A stretch of 64,000 nucleotides of DNA from Tubiluchus corallicola (Eukaryota; Animalia; Priapulida): contig JAQGDQ010000174.1 of NCBI GenBank assembly GCA_030141605.1, positions 372,001 through 436,000 of the forward strand, read 5' to 3'. The notes under the pieces are model-generated. The model saw only the letters and a list, made by a program, of their open reading frames with translations. It was not told the DNA's origin and searched no databases. A program made the position numbers and the translations under genes. The stretch's first letter is position 1. Every line of letters starts with the position of its first letter. Below, piece after piece: positions 36,416 to 49,011 of the stretch.

Positions 36416-39400
36416 ACAATTCAGCTAGCGTATCGGGGGAGAGGGACTTCTGTCATAAACTCCCACAATGGCATGTGCTCAGTAAAGTGCCTAACAAGAT
36501 TTAAGTAGGCAGATATGTAGACAAGATACATGATAGTAAAATCGAGACTGACTGATATTACTGTAAACGTAATAATAATCGTTTGCAATGGTAGACTTCA
36601 CCAAAGCAGTTTAAAAGGAAACGTAACAGCAAATTATGTAAATTTCTGTGACTGTTTGGGGATTGGGTTCCACATTATGAGCTCCTTAAAGATCTCACTT
36701 TGAAAAGTGGATTTTGTTTTTTTCTTTAATGCAAAGAGAGCGGGCATAAAGTCATGGGGTAGCACAAGAGACCGTTAACACATTGTTTTGTAAAGATTAT
36801 GAGTTTTCTTTCGCTTTTTGTCTGAAGTAAACAATATGTTTATTGGCATATCAATTGATGGCAAAGAGTAATTTGAACTAAAACTTGCACTAACTAAAGA
36901 AAGTACATAACTAAATTGCTTTTGTAAAGTGTCTTTATTTATTCTAAGCCAAAAAGTAATTATAATGTCTATAGATGATGTACAGCTGCTGTACTTCAGA
37001 TTCTGTTTTAACAGCAATTCTTGTAAATGCATAATATGAGTTTACAGTAATGTGGAGCCTGAACAAATTTCTTTCCATGTTAAAGGCATAGACAATGTTG
37101 AATAATTTATTAAGTAAAACATGTACTCTCTTCTTCTTTTGATGTGAAGCATTTCTTTGAGTAAAAGCATACATGCTGTGTGCAATTCTACAATGGTTGA
37201 TCTTAGCAGCATAGACTTGGTAACGAGTTAGATTTTGATCTTGCCACAACAGTCCAATTTGAGTATTATCTGTTGTAAGAATCCAATGTTGGATTCTTGT
37301 AGCCAGTTTGCAGTATTTTGAACTGTATCTTGGACACGTTGTGCAAGGAATAATTCATTCATTCAGCTTCCAGAACGCAGCAGTTCCACTATTAGCTTTA
37401 ACGTGCTTAACTTGGTAGTAATTGTTATGCAAAAAGTGTATAACTTAGATAAACCTATTGTATACATTCAGCACAAGATAAAAAGTATAAGAGCTGATCA
37501 TATTAGCATACGAGAGCTCATCTACCATTTCTTGTTGCTTAATTGTTAGTACATATGTTTCTCAAAGCAGCCTACTAGCTTTGATAAATTGATCATTATA
37601 ATGTTATTGGGTATTCTAGTCGTAAATTAAACACAGAATAGTTTGACATGACTATAATTATGTGCTGGATGCACAGCTTGTGTTACTTGTTAGATGTGCC
37701 TCGTTTATTTGCTTGTATTTATTTTTGGAAGAGGGTTTTTGGGTTTTGACCTTTGCCGTTGCAATGCACCGACACAGAGTTGCATGTGAAATTGCAATAA
37801 ATTATTATTGCAACAATAATTTTTTATAGTTTCAGTTACAATAATCCGAAGTTTGATTTTCTATAGTAACATTAATTAGGAAGGTCACATGTAGTTCTGA
37901 TTCTAAAACTCAAATTTTATGGCACAGACTGCATGGTTGCGCTCTCTATCGGGGAAAATTTTAATATGTGATTATTATTACAATGCTACCACAAAATCGT
38001 GTAACGGTTTCAACATTTCAATGAAAATGCAACTAGGAAACACAGATTGTACAGAGTGGACGACTGGATGTGATTAATTTTGCTAAGACAAATTGCCTTA
38101 ATGTCATTATAATCGCAATTAATGTCAAGGTTATTTCCTACAATACCCCTTTAAAGATAATTAAATGATCTTAATTAGCCACAGGAAAAATGAATAGTCA
38201 AGTGCTTTGTCTGCTAGCATTATTTTTGCATTAACTGCTGTGACTGCAACAGCGCTATGTAAACAGATGAGACTATAAGGTAATTTTTTTCGATACAGCA
38301 ATTTCTGTAACAGCTGCTAGTTGGCAGTAACAAGATTAATCCTATCTGACCTCATGAATGAGATCAATTTCTATCTTGAAGATACGTTTTACATTAATTT
38401 TACACAAGATGACACAATTCAGGCTATTTGCTATTGACCAACTAAATTAACCAGTTTTTATCTAACAAGTCGCACAAAGACTTGGACAAAAACCAGCAAA
38501 TTTAAGATGTGCAGAAAACTTGGACACGGTTTCATAAAGTTCTAACAGTGAGCAATTTCAACGTTTTCCTCAACAGGGGGTGCCACAATCCAGCCTGTTG
38601 CTGTGGAACTGCAAAACATTGAGCTGTTTGACAAAAAGGTTCTTTCTTTTAACAAGTTTGCACTATAAAATTAGCATTTTGATTAATTACAAAAAGTATA
38701 GTTTTTTTGTTGTAACACTAGCCCTGAGAACCTAAATGCTACTTAATGCCAGATTTGATAACAAAAGAAATCAAGCAACTCCATAACATTAAACCCATTA
38801 AAAACACCTTTTTATGCGATAAGAAGTATAATCAATGGATGCAGCACCTGCACGGACACTACTTCTAAATTAATATAAGTTAGTACTGTACTATCAACCG
38901 TGAGTACTAAAAACAACATACAATATTTAGCCATTTGTGATTTTATTCCAATAAGAGAATAATTTATTACATGTGCTAATAAAACTAAATCATTATTGTA
39001 AAACAGTTTATTAACGTGGGTATATCATGGTTTGCTGTACTTCACTTACATTCATACCGGATACGCAACTAGACTTACATTTCCTAAAATAATTGTGTAT
39101 TTATACTCATATACAAACTTATGTAACTGCTACAAATCAAATAAATTTATATAAAACACTTAAAAATGTGCAGTTTTTAGCTGATTTAAGAGAAAAAAGG
39201 AAATCTGTAAAACAATTAGGTTTGGAAGACCTATATCCAGATTATCCACTTTAATTGAATTTATTTCGCACTACTTTGTATATCAGTACTGATGTCGGTT
39301 TTATTGCATCGTTTATTCATAATTATAAATTTAAAAAACTAAACACTACTTGAGTCAGTCAGAAATACCATTATCTAAAATAATATATACGAACCTATGA

Positions 39401-41387
39401 AACAAAAATAACAAAATCGCAGGCTATGCTGAAAATTGAACTAGGTCTACTTGATCTTTCCATACTTACACTATGTTACACCTAATAGCACAAATGCTAT
39501 CATTCACAAAATTGTCTTAAAACTGAGTATGTGGTCAAATAAAGATAAAAAAGAACAAATTATTTAAGGATAAATGGGACTGACCAGCTATTTATAAATA
39601 AAATAGTAACTATACTGCTACATACAAAAATTCTATCACTAACATTATAACTTTTGCACTGAAGTCACTTTTAAATATAAAGAGAATTAAGGTGTCACAA
39701 GCAGATGAGATAAAATTGACATTTTAGTTGCAATCTTGCAATTTGCTTCAAGAGTTTTTACTGGCTGGTGATGATCGTCGCATTTCCATGAAGCGCAAGG
39801 CTGTAATAATCAGGCCGAGGAAGAGCGGGAGCTGGGGGGAGGGGAGGCCCGAGAACATTAAGGACACAACCAGGGTTTTATATAGCTCGAGGTGCTAAAG
39901 TTTTTTTCTTCATAAAGTTGTTCTCAAGGATTGGCCATTACTTCTTGTCTTTTCTCTTCGTCTTTGGCCTTCAGAAGGAAATAACCCACACTGTCCGCAT
40001 CTCTGTAGCGGGTGCTGCACACTCTGGAATCTCTAGCTCTTTCCTCATCAGTAGTATCTTTTTGATTGGTGGAGGCATTGAAAATAATGGGGTATTGGCG
40101 GAATCGTTCACAAAAGTTGCTTAATCCTGCCGAGAATCTTTTCTACCTTGCCTGTCACATTTGCTCACGCAAAGCTCCGCTGCACTAAACTTTAGTTAAT
40201 TAAAAAATATATGCGTTTTCTAGGTTTTGTTTTGCTTATAATCATCACAGCATCAACGTCTTGGGTTCTCACAGTATTCCATCAATGGTGTTGTTTCTGT
40301 GTTTAGTTCAGCTTCATGTAATGTTTTGCCAAGTCGAAGTGAGGCCCTTAATGCTTGGTGCTCAGGGACCCGCAATGGCTCTCGAAGGCACTGGCTATAA
40401 TTACTTTCTTCTAATTATCAGTAAGCATATACATTCAAAATCACTGAACTAGCAACTTCGGCATAAAAACAGTAATATAATATTAGCAAAACTAAACACA
40501 GCTGAGTAATAAATTAATTTTTCACTATCTACACACTTGTAATCATTATTAACGAGCTCTTCGTAATAATATAAATAATTAAATAATAAACCTAATACTG
40601 TGTTTTTATACAAGTCTCTCCTGGTTCAGCACTGCTACTCCCATAGTAAGCACAGTGCTGCTAGATGACAACTAATCTGCTCAGACTTCAACTAAACTCT
40701 GCAAATTTTGCATGTCTTACTCAGAAATAGCATTTTCATAAAAGATTTGACGGTCACTCAAAAATAATTAGCATTTATAGCTTGCAGCTAGCTAGAACAG
40801 TAACAACAGCACCTACAGATTAGTGGAATAAACAGTGACAAATCATAATGCATACGTAACTTTTGTCGCAAGTAGTGATTGATGAACATTCGAACAAATG
40901 TAACACCACCTGGACTTGGTTTCATTAAGCATTCGAAGAACCATAGCATTATAAGAACATATACTCATAAACTTCACCAATCATTTCAGGAGTAAAATGG
41001 TATCATGATTGAACAGATGAGTACGATTGTTGTACAAAATTGTTGCTCAGTTTTATGAATCCGGGCTTTGATCGGATCATCAATGATTAACTGTCATCAT
41101 TAAATTGAAATCATGAGGCTTTCAAAGAAGATTAAATTTTATCTTCCAAAAGCAGTTTCAGTAAACTTACAATGAAAACTTACTGGACTGTTTGTAACTT
41201 ATAATTTTTACGGTACCTTAGCTGTTGTCATCTTTAGTTTCAGTCATCTGAAAAAATAATTTGTTTCTTCCTACTGCTTGAATGGTAATCAATCAGTACC
41301 AGGTCAAGTGTTAAAGAGTGAGATATGCATGAAAAACATTCAAATAAGGGAGTTTGGACAAATGAAGCTCTTATGATTGTGTTTGAG

Positions 41388-43942
41388 TTAAGATTTTCGT
41401 CTGGAACGATGAGATACCACTAGATTGCCACCATCAGGATATTTCGTTTTACTAGCACCATTTACTGCTTTGATAAAATTTGCATATTCAAGAGGAAAGT
41501 TTCTTCGAGCTTCACTAACTCTTTCATAAAACAGTTTTTTTGCATAGGCATATAATTCAATATCGAGTCTGTTTTGGTCTTTTATTCTTTCAGTTTGTTC
41601 AACAGTTGGGGCAATATTGTCACGCGTGCTATTCGTGTTATACTGCTCAAAAACCTCGTAGAACTCAATTTTAAAAGTCCGCTCGAACAGAAATTGTGAC
41701 AACTTTTGCTCTTCTGCCAAGGCAAAGTAGGCAAAGTTTTTAAGATTAAACTTAGCACTTTCTAACATAATCCTGTCTCTTTCTTCTGTCGTCATTAGCG
41801 ATTTATCATAGCACCCGACCAGCTTCAAATCACTCAGCATCCGTGTTTGCCGATTCTGAGCTAAATTTGAGTCACAATCAAGAAATTCATCTAATGACAC
41901 ACCATACCATGTATCATCGAAACAACGTGGTAGTTCTTTTTGTGTTGGTGGTCGATCGTTGCATAAATGTCTAGAACTATTCCATGTTGCACCACGAACT
42001 ACGTGGGCAAACTCACTGAGAAAACGCGATACGGGTTCTCGGAGAACAGTAATATAGTAGTACCTGTAATAATAAAAAATAAATCACTAAAGATAAAATA
42101 CATGTATTTCTTCATCTAATAAAAAAAAATTAATATAAAAAAAATTTGTGTGTGTTGGTATTGAATCATAGATCTGCATCTTGCTTTCTGGATCAATTAC
42201 TACACCTTGTTCTTTACTATTTGTTGGTCATTTCATAGCTATTTTCATGTCACCATTATCACCGTTATTAGCATCATCATCACCATCATTACCAACAAAC
42301 TTATAATCATCATCATCATAACCACCACCATCTTCATCATTTTTAATTTCCATAATACAGCTTCTACACATTACTTCAATTTACTTGTCTTTTTGTTGTT
42401 CTCAAGGTACACAAAACTCTGTCTCAGTTTGAAGAAACAAATAAATTCATGAGCAAGTCTTAATTTTGCTAGAACATATTTAGAACAGTCCGATAAATTC
42501 ATTTATACCTGCTTTGCAAAAAATTTTGTTGAATGTTGGAATTTTCCAGACATGCAGAAGAAAGATTTCGAGGTGATAGAGTCAGATTTCTGACGTCGAG
42601 TTACAATCTCAAGGCAGGCAATGGAGTCATGCTTAAAAAAGCTTTATGATCTGTCTTTTGGAAACAAATCATAATAAAATTTTGTAAGATAACACAAGAA
42701 TGTTTCAGTGCGACTGAAGGAGTCAAATTTTTTATGCAACATCAATGAGATCACAGTACCATTTCCCATCAAGTTTTTAGAACCATGTTGTCACTTCAAA
42801 AAATTGCGCAGGATGGCAGTCCTTAGCTGTACACTGCTGTATTGCCCGGATCAACTTCCAAAACCAAGTTTATGAGATCATGCAATTCCAAAATGGTGGC
42901 AATGACAAATTCAAACTGACAATTTTGTACAGCAGTTATATCTGTATATCTGTATGTATTATATCTGTATAAACGGTGCATTGTAATCAATAAATAATGG
43001 GTAAATGTTTTTAATTAATAAATAGAATTTTAATCAGCAAACTAGCTAATCTACAAAAATGAGCTGGTAAAAAATTTAAACTACACTCTGCTAGTTGCAA
43101 CTTCATGCAGAACTTAGAAGAGGAACTAAGTTGAAATATCATTATAGTGTTAAGCTGCTTTATAGTTTGTTAATGGGAGTTATTTGGGTCTAACGTTTTT
43201 AAGACATAACCAATTTAGTTAAATCACTTTTTAGATCAATCTTTGGAATCACAGAGTAAAATAACTGATACATACATACAAACAAAGTAAAATAGATAAT
43301 TTATAATCTCATGCTTTCTAGCAGCATTATGTTAAAACAGAAACTTAGAAAGAACTCAAATTTATTTTTGTAAACTGTAACTAATTAAATTCAATGCTAT
43401 ATCAATGCTTACTTTCTGTATGTCATTTTCTTTTCTATCTTTTTATCCATAGCTTCGTCTACACAAGCAACGAGTTCTGTAAAATCGGCATGCAGACCAC
43501 ATCTCCATCCTACAGAATGCCGACTAAATAACCAAGTTTCACGATCAGAGTTGGGACGATTGCAACCACAACGCTTGATACCTTTTCTACATTTGCATGG
43601 TTTCTGCAAGTTCATATCATGAGTGAGATGCCTGCCAAATGAGCTGCCGCTCGTTTTCTGTATGTGCAGAAATACAATAACATCTGTGCCATTAATATCA
43701 AAACTGTAGTTTGCTGGCGGAGGTCCCCTGTAGATATCTGGCGGAAGAGAATACGACAGTCCTGGCTCAATATCATGTCGAGGTAAAATATATTTGCGAG
43801 AACTTCTAGAAGTATTAGTTAATGTCAAGTATGATTCTGGAAATGGACATATCGACAAACAGTATAAGGCATACGTAATAATAATGCCAGAAATACACAA
43901 AGCTGCCAGCAAAGTCAACTTTAACTTCACACTGCTCTCCAT
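41388..43942 (-). CDS. HS6ST: heparan sulfate 6-O-sulfotransferase
   Basis: Two coding exons 43942-43413 and 42063-41388 (phase 2). Type II TM anchor, 5'-PSB motif VFLHIQKTSGSSFGRHL, WLFSRHSVGWRCGLHADFTEL, 3'-PB motif YITVLREPVSRFLSEF, RGATW and NLAQNRQTRMLSDL. Confidence 0.95.
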
Positions 43943-46179
43943 GACAGTATGTCAGCAATCAGCTGACCTAATCTGCTGGTGACACTTTGAGTAATAGACT
44001 TGCCTCTTTTCGTGGAAAGTGGCTCGTTTCATTATTTCTGGTGGCTTACAACAGCAACATCTGCGGAAAAAATTAAAATGAAATTTTTAACGAAAAGCAG
44101 ATCATCTCTGAAATAATTAATGTTAAAATTTTTGCAGCATACTCAGAATAAAAACAAATTGCTGTAGCTTGTAGTTATCGGTGGCACGGATTTGAAGTGG
44201 GTGCACAAAATTTTTGCCTTCAGGTCCTTGAATTGTAATAGTCCTTATCCTTACATGGCTGGAAAACATACAACATCCAAATGAACTAATGGTAATGTAA
44301 ATCATTACCATACGTACAAATTTTTACTAGTTTCTAACGTGTGTGGTTTAATCAAAATTGTGGCTGTATATTTAATATATTTAAAGGAAGTTACAAACAT
44401 TGAATACACTGAATATAAAACATATTTGAAATTTACAAAAAAGAAAAATCAAGCTGTTTTAGCGGAAAGCTATTTTAAAGCATATAAAAGAAGAAGGAGG
44501 AAATACATTGATCCTACACTTCCGCAATGGCAACAAGACGCTTGGATTTTTGAGGGAACCTGACACTATTGATCGTACAAAGAAGAATACGCTGATACTA
44601 TTTTTCCAATCGTATCGTTAGCGCCACCACTTACTAGAAAACTGAAAATAAATAAAGCATCCAGAGAAGATCGGAGGGGAAAAAAGCAGTCAATGCTTAA
44701 CCCCTATCCATGCTGTAAAAGAAGTAAACTGTATTATCATTTAAACGAAAGTCAGATACATTGTATGTTTAACGATCATTGCTTACAGTGCATGTGCATC
44801 TTATGACAATGAATCTACACTTAAAATAATACTACTGTACCGGCAAACTGAGTTGAGGTTCAAACTTTCTGATATGGACGGAACGACTGCCAACAGCCAA
44901 GCCAGATTTTCATTGCCAAAGATATTCCTGCATTACAATGCAATTTTATTTATTTTAGTCACATTCAGAACGTTTTTACTAACTCCGACACCACAACCTG
45001 GATTAGTAATGACTCAATATGGAAAATTTCAGCTGCTCATTTAGCACATGATCTGGAAAGAACGACAGATCTGCTTGTAATATCTCTTGATTAGAAGTAT
45101 TTCTAATTTGGTAATAAGGTTTAATATCATCAAGAAATAGTGGTATAATTTCAATTTCAATTTATTGCTCAAATACATAATTATAATGTACATCGTATCA
45201 GGATACGCAATTAAGAATCAGAATTTTTTGAATTTATTGCAAGATTTACCATTTACCAAAAAGCATTAAATTAATACAAATTTTACAAAGAAAAAAACAT
45301 TAATATATATTTTTCATTGAGACTACAGGCATGCCCCTGGACAACACCAGGAAGAAAATCTTGTGTTGGTGCTGCCCATACTAATAGTAAATCTAAAATT
45401 TAAGAAACAAAACAGAAGTGCATTAAATGATCTCTCTCACGCTCACTCACACACTTTCTTGTAGAGTGAGGACAAGGTGCAAAAGGTAGAAATTCAGCAT
45501 GTTGATGAGGGATACATGAATGACACAGGTTAGTACTATGATGTTATGATGATGATCAACTCATGATAATATTTCCAAAGCATAAATATAGCCAAAATAA
45601 GAATTAAAAAAAAGCCAATTATATTATATAGTTTTATACTTATTATAGGGATGAATTGATAGTTATGAGTATTTGCTTGTGCTTGCTGTGAAGTAATGTT
45701 GGTATATACATCCACATATTCAAAGTGATCATTCGAAATATGTGGCAAATATGTGTGATTTAAGATTTTTCTTTAGTTCATGAATTGACACAGAGGTTTT
45801 AATGTATTCAGGTACTTTATTCCAAGTTATAGGGCCATTAATTAGTGGAAATAAAGTGTTTACCAACATTAGTTCTTGAAAATTTAATAATGTATTCGTT
45901 GTACCTAGTGTTACACCATTTTATGTTAAGTTTAGCTGGATTATTGAAAAAGTTTGGAAATAACTTGAAATGAGTTTAACACACACACAAACACTCTAAA
46001 ACTCATAGGTACTCCAATTAAAACTTCATCTGAACCAAATTTGCAAAAAAGCACAAGAGATAAAATATTTCGCACCATGCTAATAGGTATCATCATCTTT
46101 GGTTAGCGTGGGCTATGATTGACCACATCATTCGAAGAACGTCAACAACTCTGCCTCTGGCCTGATACCATTGTGGCTT

Positions 46180-47155
46180 GTGTTGGGAGCCGTTTGGACC
46201 ACTGCGCCAAGTAGACCACTTGATGCGCTAAAAGTACTGTCCTACATGGGCAGCCCAAGTAGGACACTAGCGATTTTTGTCGAGAAACTTGCTCTGGCAA
46301 AACTTGTTTCCAGTTTATATTACCATTGTTTATAAGTATTGTTATGACATAATAAAGCATAAAACAAAATTTCTTTTAGAAATGGATATTCCTTGGCAAT
46401 TTACAAATGCATTTCTTACAATAATTTCATCATTATGATTAACTCCATTAATATATCATAACATTAAACCTAGTATCTAATGCTTTAAAGAGAGAAATTC
46501 TGCACACAGTTATTACAGAAATAATTGCAAATTTAAAAATGAGACAGATGCTGCTAAGCCTTCACAACACCAAAAAGTAATTTTTAACATTTAAGAAAAG
46601 CAAGGATAATTAGTTTTAATATTATCAGTAGTATTGTAACATGTAGGGCACTGTCCTACATGGCTCGCTAGCCCATGTAGGACACATAGATCGCTAGAAC
46701 GTTTACTTATAAGAAAACAATTATTTGCCCAAGAGGTAGTGAAACGGATCACCTGTTTGTGAAGTGAGACAAAATCAAAAATGATATACCTTAAACAAAT
46801 GTTGAATTCGCAAAAAAGTGAGGTTTTTTGACTTCAACAACATTAATATCGAAACCAAATTTAATATTGTCCGTTCTACCAGCTCAGAATAAAATTCTTT
46901 TATTTTATTAGATGTATAATAAATTATTCAACGTGTATTAACGTTTTTAATTATTATTATTACATAAACAAGCACAACGGACGGTGTCAGTACACTTAAC
47001 GACTGAATTCACGACCTGTCTCTAGTGTCCTACTTGGGCAGCCCAAGTAGACCGCGGTCTACTTGGGCTAGCCCATGTAGACCGCGGTCTACTTAGGCTA
47101 GCCCAAGTAGACCAATTGGTCTACTTGGCGCAGTGGTCCAAACGGCTCCCAACAC
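46180..47155. mobile_element. foldback-type non-autonomous DNA element with long TIRs and palindromic subterminal repeats
   Basis: Perfect 39-bp TIR GTGTTGGGAGCCGTTTGGACCACTGCGCCAAGTAGACCA at both ends; CTT/CTT flanks; internal palindromes built from GTC(C)TAC[AT]TGGGC(T)AGCCCA[AT]GTAG(G)AC. Confidence 0.8.
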
Positions 47156-47371
47156 CTTGGCCACTTGGTATGGCATGACATCTATAGGCTGCTAACAGAA
47201 ATGTTTTTCTTCATCAAATTTTCGTTAAAATTATTTAAGAGTGTTATAAAGTTTTTTTATATTATCACTGTTAATTTGCTTAGCATCTTCTATAATAAAA
47301 ATATTTTTTCGTTTTCGAAACAATACTAAAACTTATGAAATGCATTAATTTACTGACGAACACATGAGCAT

Positions 47372-47390
47372 CCTTTTCAGGCGAGATTAG
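47372..47390 (+). promoter_or_regulatory. probable non-coding first exon of RPL35A with 5' TOP/TCT-type start
   Basis: CCTTTTC pyrimidine tract followed by AGGCGAGATTAG|GTGC donor; acceptor at 49009-49010 lies one base before the ATG. This is the usual layout of ribosomal protein genes. Confidence 0.6.
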
Positions 47391-49011
47391 GTGCTTGTTC
47401 GTTTGGTTTTTCAATTTTTGTATAATAATTATATGTTTTTTTTAGATAAGTCCATTATTTCTTGTTTAAAACTTTCAAAGTACCTTCCCAAGCATACATG
47501 AACTATCAGTTTACTAGGGTTGTTAAATTAATGGCATCTTTAACAGTAAAGTTTTACAAATCCATATCCAATGTTCAATTCAACTCAAAACAATTTTTTG
47601 ATGTAATGTATAACGTAATCACATTAATTTTGAACTACAATATATAATCAGTAAAATAAAAAAGCTAAGGCTAGAGGTAGAGTCATGGATCACATGTCAT
47701 ACGTTTTCTTCTGGCATTTACAGATTTGGTGTGTGTGCGGTACTAGAAATTTGTGATTTCACTTATGTTCTAAATTTCTTCTGAATTCATTTATTGACTT
47801 ATATGCTATACTTTTGCTACATAAAACTAGGTGAAGTAAGCGATTTTTTTACTACCGCGTGCTACCGTACAACTGTACTAATATTGGAGTTATCAATTGT
47901 TTACAGATATGTTTAAAAATTGACAGTTTGACAACTATTCAAATGTACTGGCATTCGTGTTGCCATCATTTAAACTGCTATTTTATTTATAGTAAATGCT
48001 TTTGCACTACACACAGACCTCTCAGCCCTAGGGAAAAAGCATATCCCAATATGAGCTAAGTGGTCTGTACCGAACTTTTTAGAATTAAGGCATTCTGTCA
48101 CAATTCAGGCTCCAGTGAATTTCAGAGGCATATGCTGAACTTCCATGCATGGCATTGAGCTTGTGCAAAAATAGCCAGAAATAAGCTTAACTGACGTATC
48201 TATAATTTTGATCTAGTTTTGTTCTCTGCAAGCTAGTAGTGAACCCAGTAGTCAGTGGCAGGACACTTCCTATTTTCCTCAGAGCAAGGGCCCAAGTGGC
48301 AATAGCTACATATAAAATCATCCTTACATTACATTTCCTCTTTGCTTACCTCTAACTGAGTCAAATCAAATATTTATGAACATGTTTAACACATTTATAA
48401 ACCTACTAAGCTCTTATTATTTAATATCACGATATCAAAATTCACAACTTCTTTTTCAAATCCTTGCTTTATTTAGATGGCTATTAAACCTCAACTTTCT
48501 TTATATAAGTACGTACATTATTTAACCCAATCTTTGTTAAAGGGAATTGAAGGCACAAAAAAATTTTTTAGGCAGTTATTTCGTACTTTTAGGATTAATA
48601 AATGTTTGAAATGTTGACTGGTTGTTGCTGGCCTAGCAAACCTTGTTAGATACTTAGTACCTTGGCTACTAAGTACTACAGTACTATCAAGTTTAGCCAC
48701 CATATTGGCATTTGTCAGAGGTTCTTTTTGCTACCTTTGCCACAAACTGGCCTAGGCAGTATTGCAGATGAAACGGTCCAGAAGCAGTTTTCTCGATGGT
48801 CAGTTGGTCCGTTATCCAGTTATTGACCAGCACACACTTTGGCCACTCAGTTATTACCCCATTCGTTCTTAATGCACATCTAATGAAATGCAGTCAAGCT
48901 GTTCTTCTACAGTTTCCTTATTGTTAATGCCTAGGGCTAGTCATCCTTAATGTACTTTTGCATTTATTAGTCCATCTACTATATGATCATTTTATGTTTT
49001 TGTTCTAAAGA

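Noticed and set aside
42207-42452. Ile/Thr-rich hydrophobic ORF
   Set aside because: Degenerate (ATC)n repeat inside the HS6ST intron.
43952-43957. Selenocysteine at the TGC-TGA upstream of HS6ST
   Set aside because: No convincing SECIS seen in the 3' UTR; the hairpin near 41055-41080 is plain Watson-Crick pairing without the GA quartet. HS6ST is not a known selenoprotein.
47026-47127. Bacterial REP/BIME-like GTAG palindromes (contamination or transfer)
   Set aside because: The palindromes lie inside a TIR-bounded AT-rich element between spliced genes, with no RAYT or other bacterial ORF.
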